A DNA stretch of 64,000 bases, taken from positions 2,176,001 to 2,240,000 of the forward strand of contig OY969706.1 in assembly GCA_963702095.1 (NCBI GenBank). The letters are read 5' to 3'. Source of the DNA: Candidatus Bathyarchaeota archaeon (GTDB lineage: Archaea; Thermoproteota; Bathyarchaeia; Bathyarchaeales; Bathycorpusculaceae). The position numbers were made by a program, and so were the translations under genes. The notes below the pieces were generated by a model. It was not told the DNA's origin and searched no databases. It saw only the letters and a list, made by a program, of their open reading frames with translations. Position 1 is the stretch's first letter. Each line of letters starts with the position of its first letter. Positions 31,356 through 42,658 of the stretch are shown here, in pieces.

Positions 31356-32309
31356 TTACTTGGTCTTTAATCTGGTTATCGCATAAAGAGTTATGGCGGT
31401 GAATAGCATAAAAAAACCAATCAAAATAAAGGAAATAGATGCTAACGCAATATTTGTTATTATTTGATGGGAAGAAGCGTATAAGTTAAGCATCCAAACA
31501 CCAAATAGGGAACCTACTGCTAACGAAAAGATAGCAGGTATCCCCAAAAAAAGCAGGGGTCTTTCTTCGACAACAAATCTTAGCAGGGACATCATCAGGC
31601 TTATTCCATGTGAAATGGGATGTTTAGTTGATGTTTCTAAACCAACGCTGCCACCGTACTTACAAGAGATGGGAACCTCACAAACTCGCAAATCAGTTTT
31701 ATCAATCACGCGGAGGAGTTCAATACTGGCACTCATACCTTTCTCAGAAAGAGTTCCTAGCTGGTCCATAGCAAGTTTGCTATAGGCTCTAAAACCGCTT
31801 TGGGCATCACTTACGCCGTTTTTGCTCGAGCCGTTATTTAAGGCTGTGATGACTTTAATGCCGAATTTTCGGTAACGTGGCATCTCAACGGAACCGTTTT
31901 TGTCCATAAATCGGCTGCCTAAAACAACCTCAGCTATGCCTGCCTCGATTGGTTTTACAAGCAGAGGAATCTGTGCTGGGTCATGCTGTCCGTCTGAGTC
32001 AAAGGTGACCAAGACATCAGCTTTCAATGCTTTAGCCCGTTTAAAAAGACATTGCAGTGCAGCTCCGTACCCAAGATTTTGGTCATGACGGATAACCACT
32101 GCACCTAAGCGTTCTGCAATTTCACCCGTCAAGTCAGATGAGCCGTCATCACATACAACCACGATGTTTGCGTATTTTTGGGCATCCAGAACTACCCGAG
32201 CAATGGTTTTCTCCTCATTATAAGCGGGAATGCCGGCTACGACAAGAAGGCTAGTCTTGGCGACTTCTAGTTTTTTAAGTAATTTTTTGGTTTCTTGAAG
32301 CTCAACCAT
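31356..32309 (-). CDS. GT2 polyprenol-phosphate glycosyltransferase with two C-terminal TM helices
   Basis: IPAYNEE, DDGSSD, GYGAAL, DSDGQH, DAQSGFRA. Confidence 0.9.
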   Translation of the reverse strand: MVELQETKKLLKKLEVAKTSLLVVAGIPAYNEEKTIARVVLDAQKYANIVVVCDDGSSDLTGEIAERLGAVVIRHDQNLGYGAALQCLFKRAKALKADVLVTFDSDGQHDPAQIPLLVKPIEAGIAEVVLGSRFMDKNGSVEMPRYRKFGIKVITALNNGSSKNGVSDAQSGFRAYSKLAMDQLGTLSEKGMSASIELLRVIDKTDLRVCEVPISCKYGGSVGLETSTKHPISHGISLMMSLLRFVVEERPLLFLGIPAIFSLAVGSLFGVWMLNLYASSHQIITNIALASISFILIGFFMLFTAITLYAITRLKTK

Positions 32310-33253
32310 TAGCGCATCAGTTCTTCTTCAAGCAATGCCTGTAAGCCAACTTTTAGACTAACCTTAGGCTCGAAACCTAATAACCTTTTAGCCTTTGAAA
32401 TATCTGCGTAGCTGTCTTTAATGTCTCCGCTGCGTGGTTTTTCATGTTTGATTTCGAGGTTCGAGCCGGATAATTCTAAAAGTGTGGTAGCTAATTGGTT
32501 GATTGTGACTGCGTTGCCTGTGCCAACATTAAAAACTTCGCCTTCAACACCCTTACCGGTTGCTGATGTGAAAACCGCTTCTGCAACATCTTTGACGTTG
32601 ACGAAATCTCGTGTTTGCAAGCCGTCGCCATAGATTACTAGGGGGTCTTTGTTTTTTATGCGGTCTATGAAGCGGGTTATTACTCCGCTGTAGTCGTTCA
32701 TGCCCTGTCGTGGTCCGTAAACGTTGAAGAAACGCAAGACAACTGACTGCAAAAGTTGTCGCTCATGGAACCCCAAGCAGTAGTTTTCGCCAACAAGCTT
32801 TGACTCTGCGTAGGGCGATAGGGGGTTTGGGGTTGTTTTTTCGTTGACAGGTAAGGTTTGGGGGTTACCGCATACGGCGCAACTCGAAATGAACACAAAC
32901 CTGCCAATATTTTTGCTTGCGCTTGCTCGAAGTAAATTCAAAGTTCCAAGCAAATTAATATCAAATGTTAAATCTGGGTTTTCCACCGAAAGCGGGACAC
33001 TAACTAAAGCTGCCAGATGAATGACGGTATCAACGTTTTCAACGCACTTTTCAACAGCCTTGCCATCGCGGATATCAGCGTTAACAAAATTCACTGCACC
33101 CGAATCCAGATGACTCTGGATATTTTTCAGCTTGCCAGTGGAGAGGTTATCGATGACTCTGACGTTATACCCTTCTTTTACCAAGCGGTCAACAACATGG
33201 CTTCCGATAAAGCCAGCCCCACCCGTAACTAAAACGTTCATTGACTTAGGCAA
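32309..33253 (-). CDS. UDP-glucose/GlcNAc 4-epimerase-like SDR
   Basis: VTGGAGFIGSH, PYAESK, RFFNVYGPRQ, YGDGLQTRDF. Confidence 0.92.
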   Translation of the reverse strand: MPKSMNVLVTGGAGFIGSHVVDRLVKEGYNVRVIDNLSTGKLKNIQSHLDSGAVNFVNADIRDGKAVEKCVENVDTVIHLAALVSVPLSVENPDLTFDINLLGTLNLLRASASKNIGRFVFISSCAVCGNPQTLPVNEKTTPNPLSPYAESKLVGENYCLGFHERQLLQSVVLRFFNVYGPRQGMNDYSGVITRFIDRIKNKDPLVIYGDGLQTRDFVNVKDVAEAVFTSATGKGVEGEVFNVGTGNAVTINQLATTLLELSGSNLEIKHEKPRSGDIKDSYADISKAKRLLGFEPKVSLKVGLQALLEEELMR

Positions 33254-33285
33254 AACAGAAAGTACCCAGCAGTTTATTTAGGGAG

Positions 33286-33690
33286 TCACTTGTTTGCATG
33301 CATTACAACCAAGTATATAGCAAATGACCTATCAGTTGCCCAGTTTTTAGCAGAGGCGTTACCTAGCTTCTGAGCTATGGCACTGATTTGTTCTGCAAGA
33401 GAGCAGCCGACTGTTCTGGCTAAGCGAACGAATCTGCTTTCTAATAACCCTTCCAACTTACCTACGACTGCAAATATGCTTTTCAGCTAGATATGCACTG
33501 CGGATGGTTTCTGCTACTTTTATCGTCAAATCAACAAGCACTCTGTCAATCCGTGGCAAAGCTTTGAACCATACGCCAGCGCGTATGGCTTTCAACTTCA
33601 GTTTGGCCAATTGTACGCTAGTGAGTATGCTGGAAGGGTTTTCTTGAGAGTTCTTTTTTAGCGTGAAAGGTACACCAGTTAAACCATCTA
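33286..33690 (-). CDS. Hypothetical helical protein, frameshifted at ~33481 (absent from the ORF track; start uncertain)
   Basis: Joined translation LAKLKLKAIRAGVWFKALPRIDRVLVDLTIKV..RSAYLAE/SIFAVVGKLEGLLESRF..LGNASAKNWATDRSFAIYLVVMHANK*. Confidence 0.6.
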
Positions 33691-33809
33691 TCCTTCTTTG
33701 AAGCCTAAAAAGTCTTGTGGTAAAACCGCAGAATTAGGCTAGAAACACCCGCAACCTAGCAGAGGCGACTTTTGGCATATTAAACCATAAAAAATGAGCT
33801 TTTGACCAG

Positions 33810-35369
33810 TTATTCGGTTGAATTAAACTTGTAGACGGCCATTTGACCGTACTGATAGACCTGAGTGAACTCAGGGGGTAATGTGGAAACTTGGTACCAG
33901 CCTTCGCCGTTTATCCACCAAACAGTGTAGACTGAGCTATTGCCAGCGACTAAAGCCTGCCTCGAGACGCCAACCATTCCATCTACTAGTACCGTTTCAT
34001 TATTAAGAAAAACCCACATGGGAGCATCCGTTTTAACTTGAATGACGACGGGTCCATGCACATAGATATTCGCTAAATTATACAAAGCGTAATGAATCAC
34101 CACAGCTGAATCATTGGAAGAGTGGGTGTTCACCCAGTTGAAGCAATTCACCAAAGCCGGATTGTCACTTATGGGCAAAGTGTTTTGGAGCATTGAGGAG
34201 GGAATAAAAGATAGGTACGGGTTGGCTGACGAGAACAAGGGGATTTGGTTTTCTGGGCTTGCTGCTAAATAGAAGCCCGATAAAGCCAGCAAAAGCACCA
34301 CATAGGATAGGGCTACTGCCTTTGGAATCAACCGCTTTAGTTTCTTCTTACGCATTGATTGGAAATGCCATAGCTTGTCTAAACCTGCAACTGCAAAGAA
34401 CAGCAGAGGATATACAAGGAGGTTTACCCAGCGATTCCAGTAGTACAAGGGTAAACTGGGAAAAACAGCGAGCAACAGCGGAGCAATGACGCACCAGACT
34501 ATCCAGTATTTTAGAATCCAATCTTTAAGGCCACGGAAGCCTATGGCAACCAAGGGCAAAATTAGGGCATAACAATACACTATTAAGCCGCCTACAAAGA
34601 GAACAAAACTAAGAGAAGGTTCAGAGCCGACATTAGCTACTGGGATAGCGATTGTATTCGTCTGTTGAGAGTAGGTTCTAAATAGAAAGAACGACCCCGC
34701 TAAAAACAGTGAAATAAGAAGGTATAGACCTTCTCTTCTGTTCTCTTTGATTAACAAACGGATGGCTTCGAGCCCCAAAACAAAAATGAGTATAACAGAG
34801 ACTAATTGGTGGCTAAACACGGTCAAAATCATTAGCGTAAAAGCGAGTGGGTACCGCCATTTTGAGTGATAAGCCTTCAGAACCACGAGTGTAGCCAGTA
34901 GGAAAATCAAGGCGAAACTTTGAGAGTAGAGGTCCCAAGAGTTACGTAGTGCGACAAAGTAGGTGCCGACGAGTAGGGCTACAAGAAATGATTTGAAACC
35001 ACTCCAGCCTAAGCCATGCCGAGCATAGAGGTACATCATTAGAGCAACACAGCCCATGAGCAGGGGTCCGAAAATTTTGATTACGGTGGTTATGTTGCCG
35101 ATTAACCAATAGGTCAAGGTTTCAAATGAATAGAACAGTTGGGAACGGATAATAGTTAATGGCCCCGAAAGTAAGATACGCCCGGACTCAATTGTGCTAA
35201 CCATGTTGAGCGTGTCTAGCCCCAAGGGGTATGGCCATGAGAGGATTTCAGGTATACTTCTTATCGACAATGGAATGAAGAACGCCGCTAGGAACCAAAC
35301 GTGCCTTTTGAGCCGAGAAGCCAGCTTGCCAAGGGCGCTATTCATTGGCTGACCCCTAGAAAGTTGCAC
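33810..35369 (-). CDS. Polytopic membrane protein, GT-C-like
   Basis: First-loop acidic motif YPLGLDT, about 11 TM helices, C-terminal extracellular domain (FNWVNTH). Confidence 0.6.
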   Translation of the reverse strand: MQLSRGQPMNSALGKLASRLKRHVWFLAAFFIPLSIRSIPEILSWPYPLGLDTLNMVSTIESGRILLSGPLTIIRSQLFYSFETLTYWLIGNITTVIKIFGPLLMGCVALMMYLYARHGLGWSGFKSFLVALLVGTYFVALRNSWDLYSQSFALIFLLATLVVLKAYHSKWRYPLAFTLMILTVFSHQLVSVILIFVLGLEAIRLLIKENRREGLYLLISLFLAGSFFLFRTYSQQTNTIAIPVANVGSEPSLSFVLFVGGLIVYCYALILPLVAIGFRGLKDWILKYWIVWCVIAPLLLAVFPSLPLYYWNRWVNLLVYPLLFFAVAGLDKLWHFQSMRKKKLKRLIPKAVALSYVVLLLALSGFYLAASPENQIPLFSSANPYLSFIPSSMLQNTLPISDNPALVNCFNWVNTHSSNDSAVVIHYALYNLANIYVHGPVVIQVKTDAPMWVFLNNETVLVDGMVGVSRQALVAGNSSVYTVWWINGEGWYQVSTLPPEFTQVYQYGQMAVYKFNSTE

Positions 35370-35532
35370 CCGTGGGGCAAACCCTAAAGCGGCACATATT
35401 CACTCGTAAGACAGCGACATCCATAGGATACACGCCATTAACTCCCTTCATGCCCGTTATTAAATTTACGCCATAAAACGGAATTTTAAGCCGACAATTG
35501 CAAATCAAGAAGCAAACACACTGGTTAAACTG

Positions 35533-36888
35533 CTACTTTCTTAACGTCCAAACAAAATAAAGCAACAGCAAAGAAAACAAGCAGCTCAAAACCGCCAACC
35601 CAGCAACCCGCAACGGGTCCAGCCACCAAACAACATGCACCATACCAACTAAGCCATCAGCCGCCCAAGGAGCAAGGGGCAAAAAGAAAAACGGCAACGG
35701 ACAATTCAGCACCGCAAACAGCAGCACCACACCCGAAGCAGCCCAAAACAGCGCCCCCCGAACCCGCCCAACCGCAAACAGAACAATCAGAAACGGCAGC
35801 GCCCAAACAAACCACTGCTCAGAGACAATACGGTAAGTCAAAAACAACGCGGCGACGCAGAAGAGCATGGTTATGCTCAGGTCCAGCAGGGGCTGCTCAT
35901 AGCGGAGTTTGCTACTGTACCAATACACCAAGGCCAAAGCCGCCACAAAAAGCGCCAGCGACACGGCAGAAACAAGAAATTCAATGCTGCCGGTTGCTGG
36001 AAGGATTCTGCTCAGGGTTGCCCAATATGTTAAGCCGAAACTGTAGGGTCCAAGCGGGGTGACTGCGCCGAAGTTGGTGCCGCCGCTTTGAAGCAAAAAG
36101 AAGTCAGAGACAAAAGTTGCAACTGCACCCAAGTAGGGCAGAAACAGCACCAAAGAAGTGGCGGCGAAAACGCCCATGAACTTGCCCAGGCTTTTCGACC
36201 GTGCACCCGCTGGATAGGTTTTGTAGAGAAAAAACGCTATGGGTACAAGGAACATGATTGGGTACAGCTTTAGCGCAACCGCCAAACTAAACGAAACAGC
36301 GGAGAATGCAAACCGCTTTTTTACTAGCAGAAACAATGCGGCAAGCGAGAACAGTGCCGGCAGGGTGTCCCACATGCCCCAGCCCGCGGATATCCAGATT
36401 ACGTAGGGGTTGAGAAACCATAGTGCCGCTGCCACCCATGCGAGGTGCTTGTTGGGTGTTAATTCTTCGACGGTCTTGTAGAGTAGGACTGCGACCGCAA
36501 TGTCGGAGATTAGGAAGGGGATTTTGACGACAAAGTCGAATAGCATGCCTGGGACGACGGCAATGGTGTAGGAGGGATAGAAGTTCAGTGCTGACGGAAG
36601 GTTGGACATGGCTATGGTGCCTGTGGGCAGGACAGTGGAGAGGGCGCTGTAGCTGTACGCGACTGGGACCATCAGGTAGTGGTACCAGAGCGGCGGAAAA
36701 CCCTGCAAGTAAAGCGGACCGTTTTTGAGGATGCTCTCGGAGACGTTGTACCAGACGTATATGTCGAAGGGGTGGGCTGAGATGGGCATCAGAACCAACC
36801 GCACCACTATGCCTACCGCTAGGATCGTTGCTAATTTGTGTGTGGACAAGAATTTGCGGGACCACTCCAAACTCATCGTCTTCCGCAT
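35533..36888 (-). CDS. GT-C glycosyltransferase (GT87/PIG-M-like)
   Basis: HPFDIYVW, LNP..IWISAGWGMWD, LKLYP, EQWFVW. Confidence 0.75.
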   Translation of the reverse strand: MRKTMSLEWSRKFLSTHKLATILAVGIVVRLVLMPISAHPFDIYVWYNVSESILKNGPLYLQGFPPLWYHYLMVPVAYSYSALSTVLPTGTIAMSNLPSALNFYPSYTIAVVPGMLFDFVVKIPFLISDIAVAVLLYKTVEELTPNKHLAWVAAALWFLNPYVIWISAGWGMWDTLPALFSLAALFLLVKKRFAFSAVSFSLAVALKLYPIMFLVPIAFFLYKTYPAGARSKSLGKFMGVFAATSLVLFLPYLGAVATFVSDFFLLQSGGTNFGAVTPLGPYSFGLTYWATLSRILPATGSIEFLVSAVSLALFVAALALVYWYSSKLRYEQPLLDLSITMLFCVAALFLTYRIVSEQWFVWALPFLIVLFAVGRVRGALFWAASGVVLLFAVLNCPLPFFFLPLAPWAADGLVGMVHVVWWLDPLRVAGLAVLSCLFSLLLLYFVWTLRK

Positions 36889-37012
36889 TTTATCTAGCTA
36901 TTTCTTGTTTATTAAACGTACACTTGGTTTGTGGTTTGGAAAGTTATTTTAATAAATTAAGCGCAATTATTACCGTAAGCCGAAATCTGTCGGCTGAGAC
37001 GCGGCGAGTTTT

Positions 37013-38294
37013 TTGAGTAGTTACCGAAATTACATATTTGAACTTCTAAAAAAGAAAGGCCACCGAGTTGCCACGGACCCAGCGGGGGCAATACGCGAGT
37101 TTATAGAGGAAAAAAAGTTTGAGCAAAACCTAAAGCTGCTTGACCAACAGGACTTCACCCAAAACGATCTACAAAAAAACAACGCAGTAATGAATGGCTT
37201 CCGTACACTAACGAATTTTGAGCCAAAAACAATCAACTGGTTTCTACCGACCTTTGAACACGCCTATGGCGGAATCTATACCATCCTACGCTTTGCCGAG
37301 CACTTCCACAACGAAAAAGGCATAGAAAACAACTTTATCATCTGCGGAGCCGAAGAAAACGCATTAGCAAACGCCAAAGACGCAATCACCAAAGTATTCC
37401 CCAGCCTCGCAAACCAAAAAACTCTACACCTATCGGACAGCTATCTGGGTAATGTGCCAGACTCAGACATTTCCGTAGCAACCTACTGGACAACAGCCTA
37501 CCACCTGCTAAAATTTAACAGGACCAAAGGAAAATTCTACTTCATTCAAGATTATGAACCTCTCTTTTTCCTCGCTAGCTTCACCTATGGCTTGGCAGAA
37601 GCAACTTACCGTTTTGGGTTCCACGAAATAATAAATACGGTGGGGGTATGCAATGAAGTAACAAGGGGTAACGGTGGAATCGCAGAATACTTTACGCCAT
37701 GTGTCGACAGCAAAGTATTCTATCCCCCACAACAGAGCGAAGCCGAAACAGACAAACCCTTCACAATCTTCTTTTATGGTCGCCCAAACCCAAGAAACGG
37801 ATTTGAGCTCGGAATACAATCCCTAAAGCAACTCAAAGAAAAGTATGGCAACAGAGTAAAAATTTTCTCTGCCGGCAGCAAATGGAACCAAGAAATCTAT
37901 GACTCCGAAGGCGAAATCGAAAATCTGGGTGTACTGCCCTATGAAAAAACAGGGGGCTTGTACCGGAGCTGCGACTTAGGGGTCGTCTTTATGTTTACTA
38001 AGCATCCGTCTTATTTGCCGTTTGAGTTAATGGCTTGCGGCTGCCCAGTGCTCACAAACAGAAATGCAGCTACCACATGGCTACTAAAAGACAACATCAA
38101 CTGTGCTCTAGCCGAGCCAACGGTTTCAGCCGTATGTGAAAGAATCGAATCAGTAATGGCCAGATCCAGAACTACGCCAAACACTCTCGGCTAACGGTAT
38201 AGCAACAGTTGGGCAGACAAACTGGTATGACGAGATAGAAAAAATCTACCGCTATATCTGCAACAACAAGCAAGGCAGGGACAAAAAGGCTTGA
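37013..38294 (+). CDS. WsaF-like GT4 rhamnosyltransferase; C-terminus shifted by an extra C at ~38160
   Basis: INWFLP..GGIYTILRFA, ATYWTTA, FIQDYEPLF, FYGRP, ELMACG; corrected tail DPELRQTLSANG..WYDEIEKI ends at TGA 38294, overlapping the next start. Confidence 0.8.
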
Positions 38295-39241
38295 AATGCA
38301 GGATCTGCAGCAATGATGTCGGCAACCGTCTCTTCGCAGTTAAGGAGATGTTTTTTGGCACACACGAGACATTCGACTACTTAGAATGTGGATCGTGCGG
38401 ATGCCTACAGCTAACCCAAATACCCCAAGATATTTCAAAATACTACCCTTCGGAGTACCACCAAACAAGCCATAACCTTAGTCTAGGGGATAAAGTCAAA
38501 AACTCAGCAGCAAGGATAGCAATCAAAACCCAAATTAAATTAAACAGGAGGTTTATTGGCGCAAACACGTTTCCTGCTTCAATTTTTTTTGATTTACCAC
38601 AGAAAACCCACTTGAGCTATTATTCAAGAATACTAGAAGTCGGCTGCGGTAGAGGCGAACTGCTAAAATGGATGAGGGGCATGGGCTTTAAGAATGTACT
38701 CGGAATCGACCCATATGTAGCAGAAGGCAACAAGTGTGACGTCGAAATCAGAAAGGACCCAATCGACACTATCCCCGAGGACGGCTCCTTTGACCTCATA
38801 ATTTTCGATCACTCTTTTGAACACATTTTCGAAGAAGCCCAGACGCTAAGGGAGGTAAAAAGGCTACTTTCACCTAAGGGTTCATGCCTAATCCGAGTGC
38901 CGATTAAGTCGGAGTACATTTGGCAGAAGTACAGCGTAAACTGGGTTCAAATTGACGGACCCAGACACTTTTATTTACATACGCAGAAAAGCCTCAGAAT
39001 CTTAGCCGACCAAGCCCAATTAACTATCGATAAGACAGTTTTCGATTCGTCCGAATTTCAGTTCTGGGCAAGTGAACAATGCCTCGCCGGAATTCCGCTG
39101 CGTGCAGAAAATTCCTATTGGGTTAACCCAAGTAAATCCATCTTTAATCAGATCCAAATGCAGCAATACAGGAAACAAGCAACCGAACTAAACCGCACGC
39201 AACAGGGTGATCAAGCAGCATTCTACCTAACGAAGAAGTAA
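38291..39241 (+). CDS. Class I SAM-dependent methyltransferase with N-terminal Zn ribbon
   Basis: CRIC..CGSCG, LEVGCGRG, HSFEH, PRHFYLH. Confidence 0.88.
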   Translation: MKCRICSNDVGNRLFAVKEMFFGTHETFDYLECGSCGCLQLTQIPQDISKYYPSEYHQTSHNLSLGDKVKNSAARIAIKTQIKLNRRFIGANTFPASIFFDLPQKTHLSYYSRILEVGCGRGELLKWMRGMGFKNVLGIDPYVAEGNKCDVEIRKDPIDTIPEDGSFDLIIFDHSFEHIFEEAQTLREVKRLLSPKGSCLIRVPIKSEYIWQKYSVNWVQIDGPRHFYLHTQKSLRILADQAQLTIDKTVFDSSEFQFWASEQCLAGIPLRAENSYWVNPSKSIFNQIQMQQYRKQATELNRTQQGDQAAFYLTKK

Positions 39242-39244
39242 AAC

Positions 39245-41748
39245 TCATGTCTTTGGTCTCTTCAATACCAAAGGTATGCTTAAGAGGGCAACCGCTAAGG
39301 GTATTACCATAGCTAAGTAGACAGGGATAAAATAGTAACCATAGGACTTCTGTGAAAACTGTAGGTAGTTTAACTTAACTGAGAAGCCGTAGTCGCCGCC
39401 GCTGAGTTTTCCGAAGGAAACAGTTTTTGCTGGTTCAAGGGTAAAGGAGTGGTTGCCGGCTTCGACTTTGCTGTAGGCTGGAGCAGTTAGGAAGGATAGG
39501 TTGATTTCGGTTGAGTCAAAAGGAACTTGCTGTATGCTTTGTGAGCCATTGTCAATGAACAAGGTTCGCTCAACGCTGGTTGCAGGTTGCCAGTTGAGGG
39601 CAGAATACATTTGCGTTATGGACGCCACAGAAGAAGTAAGGTTGCCATAGATGTTTGACCCAATCATCAACGTTACGTCGGCTCCAAGCGAACTGTTCTC
39701 TAAACTCAGCGGCTTATTGTTTACCCATGAGTAGAAGCCATTGTCTGTAAATTTGAAGGCTAAAAGGTTCCATCCGGTGGCTGAAAAATTGTTGTAGTTG
39801 ATGGCTGCCGATGACTGGTTATGCGTGGCTAAGTTGTTGTAGTAGAGGGATGCGGCATGATTGGAAACGGTGTATTGAATTAGGCTTTGCGGGGTTCCGA
39901 AGTGGAAAAGGAGGTTTTGGGATGTGTTGTTTTCTGGAAACTTGAATCCGATGAGGTAGTACCGGTCCTGTGATGATTCGTTGAAGCCATAGTTTATGAA
40001 ACTGCAACGGCCCCATACGGTAAACGCCCTCATCAGTGTAAAAGAGGTGTGTGTTGACTTTCTGAGGGGCGACGCCACTCTGCCACTTTGGGTTCACTGC
40101 TGACAGGTTTGAAGATGCAAAGTCTGGCTGCACAGCTACTCCCAAGGAGTAAATATCGGTTTTTAACAGTTCAAAGCGCCCGTAACTTTCGGTTTGCAAA
40201 CTAAAACGCAGGTTAAGGTCTGTTTCCTGATACGTTAGAGGATGACTAAAAGCAATAGGCTGCGACCAATTATTATACACGACCAATCCAGCCCAGGACA
40301 GATAGTAAGTTCCAGAAAGGGGTGAAGAATCATAACTGCTTGCTGCTGGGAAAAGGTAGAGGGGGAAAACCTGCTGGTTAGAAGCGACAATCGGCTGCGA
40401 AAGGGCCCCATTGAAACCTAAACCCAAAAGCAAGAGCAGCACGACCGCCAAAGCGACGAGAGCTTTCTTTTTGGATGTTAAAGCGTGGCTCCAGCGTCCA
40501 ATCCATGCATTGGAAGGGCTGGGAGAGGCGTCGGCGTCTGATGTACGGTTATTTGGGGCAAGGCAGAACCATGAAACCGCAACCACTGTTCCCAGCAAAA
40601 AGAGGTTAAACAGAAATATCCAGCCCGAGTAGAGTTGGGGCGAAGACACCATCAAAGGAATATCCAACTGCAGTAGCGGATAAGCAAAATAAAATAGTCC
40701 CGTCTGCACCCCGTTGCCGATTATGAAGCTTATGAAAAATATGCCTACAAAGACGGGTAGGCTGGTCAATAGCAGTTTTTTGTTGAATGAGAGTTTGGAG
40801 TTGGAGGTTAGGGCTAGCAAGACGCCGATGGGGTAGAGCCAGAGAAAATAATCCGCTAAAGGCACGGCAGACGTATAAATGAACATAAGAAGGACAAAAA
40901 ACAGTGCGGCGGGCTCATGGTACTTCAGGTTTTTTAGCAGAAGCGGAATGGCTAAGCCTAATACGGCTAAGAAGACCAGATAGGGCAACTGGGGAATACC
41001 CATCCAATACTGGAACCCCTGCACCCCAGACATGTTAATAACAGCGCCTGAAAGTGCACCCGCATAATTGTACAACTCACCCCTAAAGAAAGCAAACTCA
41101 ACCGCGAACAGCGCCCCAGCCTCAGCAACGGCGATCACCAGGGCGGAAGCTTTCTGTTTTGCACCTGCAGCGTCATAGAATACAAGCGCTGGGATAAGCA
41201 GCAAAGCATACCGGTAGATGAAGGCACTTATCAAGATGGGGAAAAACCCGACCAAGTACCGTTTGATGTTGCTTCCGCCAAAATCCACATACCGAAGCAA
41301 AGCATAGCCCAATGTGAAGAAGAATACGGGTAGAATGTCGACTTGTGTCCAGAAATAGTTAACGTAGAGGACGGCGGGGTTGAGAAGCGTGAACAGCAGA
41401 ACGGCGTCGGCGTAGGCAGGTTTTATTTTTTGGGTGATGCGGTAGAGCAAAAAAGCTGTGAGGAGAGTGAAGAAGAATAGAATCAACTTTAGTGCGACGA
41501 CTGAAGCATAGAGGTTGAAGCCAGAGTAGAGGTAGGTCAGGTATAGTGGGGTTAGAAACATGAAGGAGAAGAATCCGCACTGGCCACGCATTGTTAACCA
41601 TCACAGGCGCGGAGCTGGTTATGATGCTGCCAAGCGAAACCCAGCAGCGAACGTTGAAAGCGTCGTAGGTTGGTAGCAAAGCTAACGCTAAGTTCACAGC
41701 TATGGCGACGTATAGGAGGATGAGGGTTCGGTTCTTGATCGGTTTCAC
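39245..41748 (-). CDS. Large GT-C-like membrane protein with extracellular beta domain, split by two frameshifts (~41580 and ~40015)
   Basis: GTG 41748 overlaps the upstream stop; PTYD first loop; LNPAVLYVNYFWTQVD motif; three consecutive overlapping ORFs; C-terminal TM plus KRPKT. Confidence 0.65.
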
Positions 41749-42656
41749 CTTTGATAGGGGTAGAGTATCTCTTTGCGCAGAATCTTTGGCAACACTAAGT
41801 GGTGAATCAGAATCAGGACAAGCCTGAAGCCCAAATTTTTGATTCCCGAATGCTTCATAGACCACAAAGCGTTTTCCTTTTGATCCTGATACCGTGCTGG
41901 AGAATAGAGCGAGTAAAAAGTCGACAGGGTGTTGGACTTGTTTAACTTTAGGCTCACCATCGCTGTCGACTTAATATAACCGTTAACCAATCTGTTGCGG
42001 AGACTACAGTTTTTTAGGTTGCGTCCAAAAGGCTGGAAAATCAGAACTTCGTTGAGACGCACCGCCACGTAGCCGCTTTCTTTAACCCTACGGCTGAACT
42101 CTAAATCTGCCCAATCCACAAAAAAATCCGGGTTATAACCGCCACAGTGGTTGAAAACCTCCACATTAGTGAATACCCCAGAAGTGATAACTGAACTTAT
42201 GATTGAGTAGCGATCGGTAAACCCGAGTGTTGAGTTAAAGTATCCTTCGTCGTTGGTTATTATAGGCGCTAAAACCCCCACAGGCACCTCCTGCAACGTT
42301 AATTCCCTCCAGCAGCTCTTGGCTTTGCGTATCCAGTCGACGTCAAAGTTGGCGTCGTCATCGAAGAAGTAGAGCCAAAACACCCCAAGAGTCTGGGCAA
42401 AGGCGACTGATTTGTTGTAGGCTTTAGAGATTCCCAAATTCTCGTTGTTCTTGAGCAAAACAAACTTTGGATGGCTACTGCAGAACCTCTCCAAGTACCC
42501 AATCACGAACGGATCGGAGCTGTTGTCGCAGATTATTACGTAATCTACCAGTTCCGAGGCTTTTTCAAAGTTTCTGAGGCTTGGAACCTTGTTGTAAGTT
42601 ACCGTTATAATGGCGCTCTTTGCAGTTTCAGATTCACCTTTAACGTGTGACGTCAT
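41745..42656 (-). CDS. GT2 rhamnosyltransferase (RfbF-like)
   Basis: VTYN, CDNS, NLGISKAYN, FDDD, ITSG, FFVDWADLEF. Confidence 0.85.
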   Translation of the reverse strand: MTSHVKGESETAKSAIITVTYNKVPSLRNFEKASELVDYVIICDNSSDPFVIGYLERFCSSHPKFVLLKNNENLGISKAYNKSVAFAQTLGVFWLYFFDDDANFDVDWIRKAKSCWRELTLQEVPVGVLAPIITNDEGYFNSTLGFTDRYSIISSVITSGVFTNVEVFNHCGGYNPDFFVDWADLEFSRRVKESGYVAVRLNEVLIFQPFGRNLKNCSLRNRLVNGYIKSTAMVSLKLNKSNTLSTFYSLYSPARYQDQKENALWSMKHSGIKNLGFRLVLILIHHLVLPKILRKEILYPYQR

Positions 42657-42658
42657 GG

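Noticed and set aside
36287-36865. 192-aa alternative-frame ORF inside the GT-C gene, and other nested or antisense ORFs in the track
   Set aside because: Shadow ORFs explained by skewed codon usage of the real genes; no recognisable motifs
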